Part shown: positions 1-9,342 of the stretch, piece by piece
How positions within the stretch are numbered: position 1 is the first letter of the stretch
How the letters are laid out: every line of letters begins with the position of its first letter
Assembly: GCA_963678315.1 (NCBI GenBank)
Contig: OY782781.1
Span: 2,560,001-2,624,000 of the forward strand
From: Candidatus Cloacimonadales bacterium
GTDB taxonomy: Bacteria > Cloacimonadota > Cloacimonadia > Cloacimonadales > JAFGVF01
Direction: 5' to 3'
DNA length: 64,000 bases
Position numbers and translations under genes: made by a program
The notes under the pieces: model-generated
What the model was told of the DNA's origin: nothing
Databases searched by the model: none
Seen by the model: the letters and a program-made list of their open reading frames with translations, nothing else

Positions 1-531
1 GAATATAGAACTGAATACTATACTTTAGGTCTTGGTTATGACTTCTATAGAATGCCATGCGTACCATTCATGCTTAACTTTGATTATAAGTTTGGTTTTG
101 ACAAAGATGATTTAAATGAATCTTATGAGATAAACTCTAAGTCACTTAATGGTAGCTTTGATTCACATTGGAGTATCATACCATTACATTTGAGAGTAAC
201 TTATAATCAATTTACTTCTGAGAATGAATTCAACTTTGAAGAAGGCGTATTAATTGATGAATGGACTAAAAAAACTTATGGAGCTAGACTTAGTTATGAC
301 TTCCTTCATAAAACATTACGTCCTTTTGTATCCTACAAGACATCATCAAACGAATATGTCGAGGAAAGTAATAACTATGACAGCAAGCAAACTTCTTTTG
401 GTGTAAAGTATAATCCATTTAAGTTAACATCAATTAGTTCAAGTATTTCTATGAAAGAATACGCATACGATAGTGGAGATAGAGATTACTCAACATTTAA
501 TTGGTATTTAAACATTATTCAAAAGTTCTAG
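1..531 (+). CDS. 5'-truncated outer-membrane beta-barrel-like protein
   Basis: Frame is open from base 1. Alternating Tyr/Phe-rich strands and C-terminal WYLNIIQKF (terminal Phe, beta-signal-like). Stop is 1 bp before the cyclase ATG. Confidence 0.55.
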   Translation, partial: EYRTEYYTLGLGYDFYRMPCVPFMLNFDYKFGFDKDDLNESYEINSKSLNGSFDSHWSIIPLHLRVTYNQFTSENEFNFEEGVLIDEWTKKTYGARLSYDFLHKTLRPFVSYKTSSNEYVEESNNYDSKQTSFGVKYNPFKLTSISSSISMKEYAYDSGDRDYSTFNWYLNIIQKF

Positions 532-532
532 A

Positions 533-2530
533 ATGAAGTATAAGAAGTTTAGATTCTTATTTATTGCACTGATAGTTGTTCTATTAGTAGAAATTCTATC
601 ATGGAGTAAGATCTTCGGTCATTTTGAAGCTAAACTATATGATTTAGTGTTCAGTCAGAGAGGACCTAAAGAGACTTCCGGGAAGGTAACAATTGTAGCT
701 ATTAATGAAGAGACTATGCAAAGCCTAGGACTTCAATGGCCATTACCAAGAAGTCTATATGTAAATGCCATAAGGAATATAAAGAAAGCAGGAGCTAAAG
801 GAATTGTCTTTGATATACAGTTCCCTGATATTGCCAAGATACAGTTAGGTGATGATGAATTAGTAGAACTAGAATCATTGATTAATGAGTCATTAAAGGA
901 AGATGACATCCAATTAGGAGTAACTTCTGTTCAAGATAGTGTTATTATGGCATCTAAAATCGAGTCTTTTGCTAATTCCAAAAGATTTATAACACCTAAT
1001 AAACACATTTCAAAAGCTAACCCTGATCTTGGACTTGTATCTATTTATACAGATCATGATGATGTATTAAGGCACTATCCCTTATTCGAGGACTATCACG
1101 GACAGACATATTACTCTTTAGCTGTAAAAGCTTATTACAAATACTTCTCAAATACAAATGAATCACCAAGCGTTAAAGGTAACAGCCTAGTTGTTGGAGA
1201 CCTTGCAGTAAATTTCATCAATAATCGTTCTTCAATAATCAATTATAAAGATAAAGCAGGAGCTTTTGGTAATGACTTCAAGGTAAACGCTAACAGTAAA
1301 TACTATTCTTTTATTGATTTCATTAACAAAGAAGAAACTAGTATTTCTTCGGAAGAAGATGATTTCTTCTCAGACATTGAAGTATCTCCAGAAGTACAAG
1401 AGAGTTTACAAGCATTAGGAATGAATCCTGAACTAGTTGAAAAGAGCAATCTGGATAGATATATAGAAGATCAAGTATTTAAGGATAAAGTTGTATTTAT
1501 AGGTTCAACATTACAGGAACATCATGATATTTTTAATACACCTGTTGGATTAATGCCGGGAGTAGAAATTCATGCTAATTTCTTAGATTCTATGCTTACA
1601 GACCAAGTTCTTAAATATGTTAACCCCTACTGGATTATTTTGTCACTATTATTGATTGCAATTTTAATAAGTTATCTTTGTTCAAAAGTTTCAGCTACAA
1701 GATCTTTATTATTTATTATTGCTTTTCTAATTTTGCAGTATTCATCTACTATGGGAGCATTTAAATATAGTAATTTAGTTATACCGCAGCTTCAATATAT
1801 GCTTGTTAGTGTTATAATATATCTGATTTTCTTAGTACTTAAATATGTTGAAGAACAAAAAGCAAAGAAAGAGATTAGAAACACTTTTGAACATTATATG
1901 TCTAATGAACTAGTTGAAGAGCTAGTGTCAAACCCTGAGAATCTTACTTATGGTGGTTCAGTCAAAGACATTTCTGTATTGTTTTCAGACATAAGGTCTT
2001 TCACAACATATACAGAAAGTCATTCCATGGAAGATACTGTATCAATGCTTAGGGAATATCTTACAGAAATGACCAAGGTAGTTATTGATAATAAGGGAAT
2101 CATTGATAAGTTTGTTGGCGATGAGATAATGGTTCTTTATGGTACACCTGTAGAAGATAAAGAAAGTGCTATTAATGCATGTCGTACAGCATTACAAATG
2201 AGGGTACGTCTTAATGAGCTTCATGAAAAGTGGCGTGCTGAAGGTAAGGATATTTTCGAGATTGGTATTGGGGTTAACTCTGGAAAAGCTGTAGTAGGAA
2301 ACTTAGGTTCAGAGCAAGTCTTCGATTATACCGCTATCGGTGATAATATCAATTTAGGAGCTAGACTAGAAGCACTCAACAAGAATTACGATACCGAGAC
2401 GAAGATTATCATTTCTGAGTTTACGCTAGAAAGAGTTAAAGACAGAGCTATTGTTGAATATTTGGATGATGTAAAAGTTAAAGGAAAAAACAAAGCAGTT
2501 AAAATATATAATCTTAAAGAGTTAAATTAG
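533..2530 (+). CDS. CHASE2-domain class III adenylate/guanylate cyclase
   Basis: N-terminal TM, CHASE2 motifs (IVAINE, WPLPRS, GVEIHAN), 3 TMs, cyclase motifs LFSDIRSFT, DKFVGDEIM, YTAIGDNINLGARLE. Confidence 0.93.
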   Translation: MKYKKFRFLFIALIVVLLVEILSWSKIFGHFEAKLYDLVFSQRGPKETSGKVTIVAINEETMQSLGLQWPLPRSLYVNAIRNIKKAGAKGIVFDIQFPDIAKIQLGDDELVELESLINESLKEDDIQLGVTSVQDSVIMASKIESFANSKRFITPNKHISKANPDLGLVSIYTDHDDVLRHYPLFEDYHGQTYYSLAVKAYYKYFSNTNESPSVKGNSLVVGDLAVNFINNRSSIINYKDKAGAFGNDFKVNANSKYYSFIDFINKEETSISSEEDDFFSDIEVSPEVQESLQALGMNPELVEKSNLDRYIEDQVFKDKVVFIGSTLQEHHDIFNTPVGLMPGVEIHANFLDSMLTDQVLKYVNPYWIILSLLLIAILISYLCSKVSATRSLLFIIAFLILQYSSTMGAFKYSNLVIPQLQYMLVSVIIYLIFLVLKYVEEQKAKKEIRNTFEHYMSNELVEELVSNPENLTYGGSVKDISVLFSDIRSFTTYTESHSMEDTVSMLREYLTEMTKVVIDNKGIIDKFVGDEIMVLYGTPVEDKESAINACRTALQMRVRLNELHEKWRAEGKDIFEIGIGVNSGKAVVGNLGSEQVFDYTAIGDNINLGARLEALNKNYDTETKIIISEFTLERVKDRAIVEYLDDVKVKGKNKAVKIYNLKELN

Positions 2531-2608
2531 ATTCAAGAGTTAATTATTCTTAAATTGACATAAATAAATAAGTTTCTAGATATTGAGTTAACAAGAAATG
2601 GAGGTTTC

Positions 2609-3697
2609 ATGTTAAGATTACCAGTTAATGAGCTTCATAAGTTCATGCTTCAAGTATTTGTTAAACTAGGTGTTCCTGAAGAGGAAGCAAAGATATGTGC
2701 AGATGTGTTAATTGAATCAGACCTTAGAGGAATTGAATCACACGGTATCGGACGTTGTAAAATGTATTATGATAGAATAAAAGCTGGAATCCAGTTCACT
2801 GATACTAAAATTGACATAATCAGGGATAAATATGCAACTGCTGTTTGGGATGGCAATCATGGTATGGGACATGTTATTTCTCATAAAGCTATGGAAACAG
2901 CTATTGAGAAAGCTGAAAAATATGGTATTGGTTGTGTTGTAGTAAGAAACTCTACCCACTATGGTATTGCTGGTTATTATGCTTCTATGGCAACCGATAA
3001 AAACATGATAGGCTTAACTTTCACTAATGCTAGACCATCAATTGCTCCTACTAACGGGGTTGATCCTATGCTGGGAACTAATCCAATTTGCTTTGGTGCT
3101 CCTTCAAATTTAGATTATCCATTCTTATTTGATGGTGCTACTTCTATTTCCCAAAGAGGTAAGATAGAAGTTCTTGATAGAGAAGGGAAAGAAACACCTT
3201 TAGGTTGGGCTATAGATAAAGAAGGAAATCCATTTACAGATACCAAGAAGCTACTTGTTGATTTAGTAGCTAAGAATGCTTCTATGTTGCCTATAGGGGG
3301 CTCTGATGAAGAAACAGGTTCTCATAAAGGTTACAGTTTAGGAGTTATGGTAGAAATACTTTGTGCTGCCTTGCAAAATGGTTCTTATCTCAATGGACTC
3401 CACGGCTGGGACTCTGAAGGTAATAGGGTTCCTTATAAACTAGGTCATTTTTTCTTAGCAATAAATATAGATTTCTTTACTGAAATAGAAGATTTCAAAA
3501 AGATAACAGGTGATATAATGAGAACTTTACAAGCTTCCACAATTGCACCTAATAAGGATAGAATTTGGATTGCTGGTGAAAAAGAATATTATAAGAAGAA
3601 GGAAATACTTGAACAAGGTGTTCCGATAAATGATGCACTTCTAAATAATATTAGAATAATGAAAAAGGAATTAGGCATTAAAACTTTAGATGTCTAG
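2609..3697 (+). CDS. Ldh_2 family (malate/L-lactate/sulfolactate-type) dehydrogenase
   Basis: DLRGIESHG, RNSTHYGIAGYY, GTNPI, HKGYSL motifs; GGAGG RBS. Confidence 0.9.
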   Translation: MLRLPVNELHKFMLQVFVKLGVPEEEAKICADVLIESDLRGIESHGIGRCKMYYDRIKAGIQFTDTKIDIIRDKYATAVWDGNHGMGHVISHKAMETAIEKAEKYGIGCVVVRNSTHYGIAGYYASMATDKNMIGLTFTNARPSIAPTNGVDPMLGTNPICFGAPSNLDYPFLFDGATSISQRGKIEVLDREGKETPLGWAIDKEGNPFTDTKKLLVDLVAKNASMLPIGGSDEETGSHKGYSLGVMVEILCAALQNGSYLNGLHGWDSEGNRVPYKLGHFFLAINIDFFTEIEDFKKITGDIMRTLQASTIAPNKDRIWIAGEKEYYKKKEILEQGVPINDALLNNIRIMKKELGIKTLDV

Positions 3698-3718
3698 TCC
3701 AATATAGAAAACTATATT

Positions 3719-3756
3719 AAGAGATTGTATTATAAATTAGTATAATCTCTTTTTTT
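3719..3756 (+). terminator. Rho-independent terminator
   Basis: AAGAGATTGTA...TATAATCTCTT stem followed by a T-tract. Confidence 0.6.
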
Positions 3757-3866
3757 ATTTGCAAAAGATAAGTACATTAACTATTTTATCAGTAAGCCCA
3801 TCTAATACATAGCACTTCTAGAATGGTACTATAATATTTGGGTTAAATATACTTTTAGGAGTTATT

Positions 3867-4172
3867 ATGTTAATGAGATTATTAACTGGTTTGAGTATCG
3901 TAGCTTTGGTTAGTACTTTTTTCCCTTATGTTCCTGAACAAGTCTGGTTCTTTGGTAAAATTGTTATATTCGTAACTATATTGTATAGAATATATGATTA
4001 CATAGCTGTTCAACACTGGGAATGGGTTTTACCATTCTTTATAATGTTAATTGTAATAAATCCTTTTTTTGCAATCCCATACGATAATCTAAAATACGGG
4101 ACTTACCTAATGTATAGTGTTAGAATAATTGCTACAATATTTTTAGGTTATTCATATAGGCATATAAGCTAA
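3867..4172 (+). CDS. small multi-pass membrane protein, function unknown
   Basis: AGGAG RBS; 3-4 hydrophobic segments; overlaps the PHP gene stop convergently. Confidence 0.65.
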   Translation: MLMRLLTGLSIVALVSTFFPYVPEQVWFFGKIVIFVTILYRIYDYIAVQHWEWVLPFFIMLIVINPFFAIPYDNLKYGTYLMYSVRIIATIFLGYSYRHIS

Positions 4173-4912
4173 GCAGGAATTATCTCTCTCCCATTCTCTT
4201 TTGCAAAGGCTTTTTTTAGTTCTTCAAATGATGCTTCCTCTAGTCTAGCAAAACAAGAACCTGACCCCATATCATTCAAATAATGAGCATCGGAGTTTCT
4301 AATGATTGTAATATTTTCAAGAGATGGATTGTTTGCAATAACTTCTTTTATATTACATCTGGCTGTAATACCATAACCATCAACATTTGCATTTTCAGGT
4401 AAGAAGCCTAACTGAGATATCACTGAATTAGTTGTTGCATCAATATGAGCAGGAAAACAGATTGAGTCAAACTCTTTAATCTTAGATATAGTAGTTTCAT
4501 AATCCCACATCACAGAGTTTATCAAAGCTGTGTTCTCAATATCAACAATATTCTCATCTTTATCTACTATTACTTGATCTCCAAAATAATCAGGATTATT
4601 CTCTATAGGCATTAAGGCTGCTGAGACTTGTTTATCAAACTTCATAGCCTCTTCATAATCTCTGAATAGAGCAACAATATGAATTTCTTCCATTGTTTGA
4701 ACTTCACAACCACAAACAACAAAGACTCCTTTACTTTTACCTACTTCATAATATGCTTGGCAATTCTTACAGGAGTTGTGATCTGTAACAGCAATTATCT
4801 CTAATCCTAATGCTAAAGCTCTATCAATAACAGCATGTGGAGACATTTCTAAGCCTCCACAGGGAGATAAAACTGTATGGTTATGCAAATCAATCTTAAA
4901 TTTCTTAAGCAT
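4169..4912 (-). CDS. PHP-domain metal-dependent phosphoesterase
   Basis: DLHNHTVLSPC, VTDHNS, PAHID, NSDAH motifs. Confidence 0.9.
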   Translation of the reverse strand: MLKKFKIDLHNHTVLSPCGGLEMSPHAVIDRALALGLEIIAVTDHNSCKNCQAYYEVGKSKGVFVVCGCEVQTMEEIHIVALFRDYEEAMKFDKQVSAALMPIENNPDYFGDQVIVDKDENIVDIENTALINSVMWDYETTISKIKEFDSICFPAHIDATTNSVISQLGFLPENANVDGYGITARCNIKEVIANNPSLENITIIRNSDAHYLNDMGSGSCFARLEEASFEELKKAFAKENGREIIPA

Positions 4913-4923
4913 CTCTTACAAAA

Positions 4924-5265
4924 CTAATCATTAAGCAATTTGAATAATTTTCCTGCTGCATCAAAGACTGATAGAGGTGTCTTGATTAAGATTATGTCTT
5001 CATCTTTTGCTTTATCTATTACAGCTTTTTCAGGTACAATGTCCTTTGCTAAGACTACACAAGGTATATCAGCCATTGAAGCAACTGCAATTACATTCAT
5101 GTGTCTCATTATAGTGAACCATATTTGATTTTCTTTTGCTGAGCCCATTACATCTGAAAGTAAATCAGAACAATAACCTGCTCCTATTTCTACATTATCT
5201 ATATCGCTATTTTCAGTTAATATTTCATGGTCAATTGTATTTAAATAGTCTTTTAATTTTATCAT
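4924..5265 (-). CDS. DRTGG-domain protein
   Basis: GYCSDLLSDVM motif typical of small DRTGG proteins in hydrogenase-associated clusters. Confidence 0.8.
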   Translation of the reverse strand: MIKLKDYLNTIDHEILTENSDIDNVEIGAGYCSDLLSDVMGSAKENQIWFTIMRHMNVIAVASMADIPCVVLAKDIVPEKAVIDKAKDEDIILIKTPLSVFDAAGKLFKLLND

Positions 5266-5280
5266 TTGATCTCCCTATCA

Positions 5281-6555
5281 TTATAAATCTTTTTTTGTTT
5301 TGTTCTTATATAGAATTACACAATCATCAATTGTTGCTTTTCCTTGAACAATATCTTCAGCTAATGCATAACAGTTTGGAGAACCGCATGCACAGCAGTT
5401 AATTCCTGGAAGTTGACTCATTATCTTATCAATCTTTTGAACTTTTTCTAAAGCTGCAAACAAATCAGTATCTAACTCCATAATCGAACGTGGTTTCAAT
5501 TTTGGAACATCAAATTTACCTTCCTGATAAAGTTTTCTGAATTCTGATGAATCCATCTCTCTATGATTACCCTCTTTAGACATTCTTTTCATTCTACTAA
5601 GAGCCACAAATGGATTTTCAACATTCAATCCACCTCCGACACAACCAATTTTACAAGACCTTAGTACTATATATTGATATTGATCTAGATGGTGATCTTC
5701 AATTCTCGATAAGACATCAATAACATTGTCTATACCATTAACAGATAAGACTCTAATATCATCACAATCAATCATATCTGCTTCTAATGTAGAAATCCCC
5801 CATGTGAGTCCACTCTTATAAGTGTCAATTTCTTCATGGTCATTCCACACGTCTTTCATATGTTCCTGAGCTTCTGCAAATACTTCACTAACAGCTAATG
5901 CACCATCTTGGAAATATTTATAAGTTCCCTCTGGCTGATGAACAGCTGTAACTTGTGAAACACATGGAACAATTAAGAATACTCCAATGTCCTCATCTTT
6001 ATAAGCATACTTTTCTTTGGCTTTCTCCCGTAAATAGTATGACAAAGTGCTCATCGGTGCTTCTATATGAAATAAGTTAGGTAATAGTGATGGAAATCTC
6101 ACCTGTATCAACCTAACTACTGCAGGGCAGCCACTTGATATAATTGGTCTGATATCTTTATTTTTTCTTATGTAATCTTTAATCATATAGTTCATAAATT
6201 CTGTTACACTAGACTCTTCTGCGACCTCATCAAAACCTAAATGTAAGACAGTTTTCTTAACTTTCTCATAATCGTTTTCTTCTGAGAATTGTCCTGCATA
6301 AGATGTTGAAAAGACTGCAATCTTATGTTTAAATTTATGAATTGATTCTAAGCTATCATAATAAGGAACAATAGCATGAAAAGAACATGCTTCAATACAA
6401 CGACCGCAGTCGATGCATCTCATCATATCTAATTCTACCTTGTTATTCCTAACTCTTATAGCCTCGGTTGGGCATACTTTTACACATGCAGTACAACCGG
6501 TACAATTTTCCTGCTTTACTTTCACAGCATGAAAGTATTCATTCTTTTGATACAT
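5281..6555 (-). CDS. [FeFe]-hydrogenase-like Fe-S protein (putative sensory type)
   Basis: Two N-terminal CxxCxxCxxxC motifs, degenerate H-cluster motifs (SSGCPAVV, VPCVSQ, RSCKIGCVGG), C-terminal CCACGSPNC...C FeS domain. Confidence 0.8.
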   Translation of the reverse strand: MYQKNEYFHAVKVKQENCTGCTACVKVCPTEAIRVRNNKVELDMMRCIDCGRCIEACSFHAIVPYYDSLESIHKFKHKIAVFSTSYAGQFSEENDYEKVKKTVLHLGFDEVAEESSVTEFMNYMIKDYIRKNKDIRPIISSGCPAVVRLIQVRFPSLLPNLFHIEAPMSTLSYYLREKAKEKYAYKDEDIGVFLIVPCVSQVTAVHQPEGTYKYFQDGALAVSEVFAEAQEHMKDVWNDHEEIDTYKSGLTWGISTLEADMIDCDDIRVLSVNGIDNVIDVLSRIEDHHLDQYQYIVLRSCKIGCVGGGLNVENPFVALSRMKRMSKEGNHREMDSSEFRKLYQEGKFDVPKLKPRSIMELDTDLFAALEKVQKIDKIMSQLPGINCCACGSPNCYALAEDIVQGKATIDDCVILYKNKTKKDL

Positions 6556-6574
6556 ATTTTCCTGTTTTAGTTAG

Positions 6575-7063
6575 CTAAAAAAAAATTACTATTTCTAAGA
6601 CTGTATTTCTTCCTCTTACAGAATCTAAGTGCATTGCGTCAGAGTTCTTTTTGATGTTAGGTAATCCCAAACCTGCACCAAAACCCATTTCTCTGACATA
6701 TTCTACAGCAGTTGAAAACCCAGGTTCTAAAGCTTTATTAATATCTTCAATTCCTGGCCCAATATCTTCAAATACTACATGTACTAAATCCTTATGTACA
6801 AAGCTCTTCATAACACCACCGTTTGAATGAGCTGCTAGATTTATCTCTGCTTCATAACAGGCTACTGCTACTTTGCGAAGAATCCCCGAATCTATTCCTA
6901 ATCTTTTTAACAGTCTTTTTAACTCAGCTGAACCATTCCCTGAATTTACAAAATCATGTTTTACAACTGAGTATTCTAATGTCACTGCAGGATTTGGTTT
7001 TTCTGCAAAAAATGCATCTACCCTATCCTGATTATTCTCTATAATGTGCCAATATTCTGCCAT
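6575..7063 (-). CDS. anti-sigma-factor/RsbT-like Ser/Thr kinase (HATPase fold)
   Basis: YEAEINLAAH, EDIGPGI, GFSTA, GAGLGLPN boxes. Confidence 0.85.
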   Translation of the reverse strand: MAEYWHIIENNQDRVDAFFAEKPNPAVTLEYSVVKHDFVNSGNGSAELKRLLKRLGIDSGILRKVAVACYEAEINLAAHSNGGVMKSFVHKDLVHVVFEDIGPGIEDINKALEPGFSTAVEYVREMGFGAGLGLPNIKKNSDAMHLDSVRGRNTVLEIVIFF

Positions 7064-7064
7064 A

Positions 7065-7412
7065 CTAAATCGAACAACTTCTTAAATCTTTATTATACAA
7101 TAACCCAGCTGACTTGTACATTGTCATCTTTGTTGTAATAAGAGGTAGTTCTCTTTCTATAGCCATATCTATTAGATCTTGTGGTGGTCTCTTTCCTCTA
7201 ACAAATATAACACCAAGTAAATCAATCATATCAGATAATCTAATTACTTGAGGATTAGTAAGTCCTGTTAAAAGCAATGTTGATTCTTTTGTGCACATCA
7301 AAATATCTGAAATCAAATCAGAACCAAATGCACATGGAATTTCTGCTTCTAGATCAGCATTAGGAGTTAACAATTCTCCTTCCAGTAATTCAAGAATTTC
7401 TTTTAGTTTCAT
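7065..7412 (-). CDS. DRTGG-domain protein
   Basis: AFGSDLISDIL, LTGLTNPQVIR, FVRGKRP motifs. Confidence 0.82.
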   Translation of the reverse strand: MKLKEILELLEGELLTPNADLEAEIPCAFGSDLISDILMCTKESTLLLTGLTNPQVIRLSDMIDLLGVIFVRGKRPPQDLIDMAIERELPLITTKMTMYKSAGLLYNKDLRSCSI

Positions 7413-7524
7413 CCGTCTTCCCTTTTTTATTTGTATTTTTTCCTAAAATTATAAATCAATTATTCATAGTCAAGAATTATCTTCTATAATTGTTGAACAA
7501 ATCTATTATCTAATTAAAATCAGT

Positions 7525-7736
7525 CCCAAGATTTAAATCATCGTCTCTGAAGAGATATGCCCCTTTAGGAAAATCCTCTTGAGACGTTTTTCCAACCGTC
7601 TCTACAAATTCAAATTCACTTATAACTACGTTCTAAGTGACGCCAGTACGGAGTCTGGCGATCCCTCCTAACTCCTAACTCCTAACTTAAGTGCCTCCTT
7701 GAAAAATCGACTTTTTTTCAAGGAGGCAAGTAAGGG
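7525..7736. repeat. composite intergenic palindromic repeat cluster (REP/BIME-like)
   Basis: 7525-7605 resembles 50046-50125, including GAGACG...CGTCTCTAC. Also CGCCAG/CTGGCG hairpin, CTCCTAA heptamers, and GCCTCCTTGAAAAA/TTTTTCAAGGAGGC hairpin plus CAAGTAAGG. Confidence 0.8.
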
Positions 7737-7949
7737 AGCAGGCTAGTTAACATTAATTCTCATAAAATTGAGAAAGAAGAATGTCCGTATTTACTTTATA
7801 ATAGCCCTAGTAAAGGAATCTTGATTATAAACTCACTATCTTATTAAGTATCAGAAACTAACAATATTAACATTAATAATTTTGTTGCATTTTTCTTCTT
7901 AAAAATATAGTAAGTCAAGTACTTATATACAATTTATGTAAGAATTTAA

Positions 7950-7977
7950 TTGACAGATAACTAACTAATTATATAAT
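7950..7977 (+). promoter_or_regulatory. sigma70-type promoter for the amidohydrolase-tldE-tldD operon
   Basis: TTGACA-16 bp-TATAAT. Confidence 0.7.
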
Positions 7978-8044
7978 GCAATAAAAGAAATTAACATAAT
8001 ATTAATAAATTTATAACGTAATTTAATCTATTAAAGGATTGAAA

Positions 8045-9331
8045 ATGATACTATTTAAAAATGCAACCATTTCTTCTGGAATTACTAAAGAGAGAAAGGT
8101 TGATATTTTATTTGATGAAACAATAATTGATTTACGTGAAGATTCAATTACCCCCCCAGCTAACACAAACGTTATTGACCTAGACGGTAAATATGTTTTA
8201 CCTGGATGTATCGATATACATACTCATTTCCGAACAGATTCGGAAGATTGGAAAAGCCACTTTTACAATGCTTCAAAAGCAGCTGTAGCAGGTGGAATAA
8301 CTTATTTAGCAGATTCTTCTTGTCATACAGAAGAGCCTTTAACAGAAAGTTTTAACTTTTCAGATATAGCAGATGAATATAAAGGTAATTCTCTCTGTGA
8401 TTATGGTATTTGGGGATTTATCAACAGTGATGATTATTCTACCTACAATGAAGAAATACAAGAATTGTCTAAATCTGGTGTAGTTGGGATAGAATTCTAT
8501 TTATATAATAAGAATTTTAGTCCATCCCCCTTAGACTTTGATGAGATATTAGAATTGTTCACTGATTTTTCGAACTCTCAGATTTTATTCGGTGTCTTTC
8601 CAATGACTTATTTAGGAGATACAAAAGCTGATAATATTTCAGAATTACAATTTGATATGGTGAAGAAACTATTCAGAAGGTCACAAGAAAGTGAAATTCA
8701 TTTATTTAATATTGTTTCACCTAAGATTGTAGAATTCATTATGAGTTCTACTAAGAAATATCATAGCACTTATGATATTAACCCCCATATTTTTTTAGAG
8801 AATGAAAATTCAATATTTATTCCGGGTAAGCAAACTTACCAAGATAAGTCTAATAATTTTAAGACATTAATTCAAACAGGTAAAGTACCATCAATATCTA
8901 CGAATAGTGGCTATGTAAATTTAGATTTAAACTATACTCAACATGATTTAAATGATATTGTTAATTATTCGGATTTACAGTACATGATACCATTCATGTT
9001 CTCTGAATTCTATTTAAATAAAAAACTTACTTTAGGAAATCTTGAAAGAATGCTTTCAGGAAGCCCTGCTAAAATTCTTGGAATCGATAGTCTAAAAGGA
9101 AATTTCAATAAAGACTCACATGCAGACTTTATTGTTCTTGATCCTCATAAAAAAAGCACTGTTGAAGATAATCAATCTTCATTCTTTGCTAAGGAGATTA
9201 ATTGCAGTGTAATGCAGACATATATTAGAGGTGAGAAAGTTTACGATTCAATAAACGGTATACTTGATAGTAGGGATTTTGGAAAACTTGTTAAAAGAGA
9301 TTTCCAAGCTACAACGTTAAATTACTATTAA
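8045..9331 (+). CDS. dihydroorotase/allantoinase-like amidohydrolase with degenerate metal ligands
   Basis: PGCIDIHTHFR, AAVAGGIT, SPAKILG and ADFIVLDP are present; later His/Asp ligands are not recognisable. ATG 8045 follows AAAGGA (ORF track uses TTG 8039). Confidence 0.75.
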   Translation: MILFKNATISSGITKERKVDILFDETIIDLREDSITPPANTNVIDLDGKYVLPGCIDIHTHFRTDSEDWKSHFYNASKAAVAGGITYLADSSCHTEEPLTESFNFSDIADEYKGNSLCDYGIWGFINSDDYSTYNEEIQELSKSGVVGIEFYLYNKNFSPSPLDFDEILELFTDFSNSQILFGVFPMTYLGDTKADNISELQFDMVKKLFRRSQESEIHLFNIVSPKIVEFIMSSTKKYHSTYDINPHIFLENENSIFIPGKQTYQDKSNNFKTLIQTGKVPSISTNSGYVNLDLNYTQHDLNDIVNYSDLQYMIPFMFSEFYLNKKLTLGNLERMLSGSPAKILGIDSLKGNFNKDSHADFIVLDPHKKSTVEDNQSSFFAKEINCSVMQTYIRGEKVYDSINGILDSRDFGKLVKRDFQATTLNYY

Positions 9332-9342
9332 TGGAGGAATAT

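Noticed and set aside
5281..6555. Catalytic H2-evolving [FeFe] hydrogenase
   Set aside because: The proton-transfer Cys and the conserved Lys are missing from the H-cluster motifs.
8045..9331. Naming this gene pyrC or allB
   Set aside because: Most metal ligands are unrecognisable and there is no pyrimidine or purine gene context.
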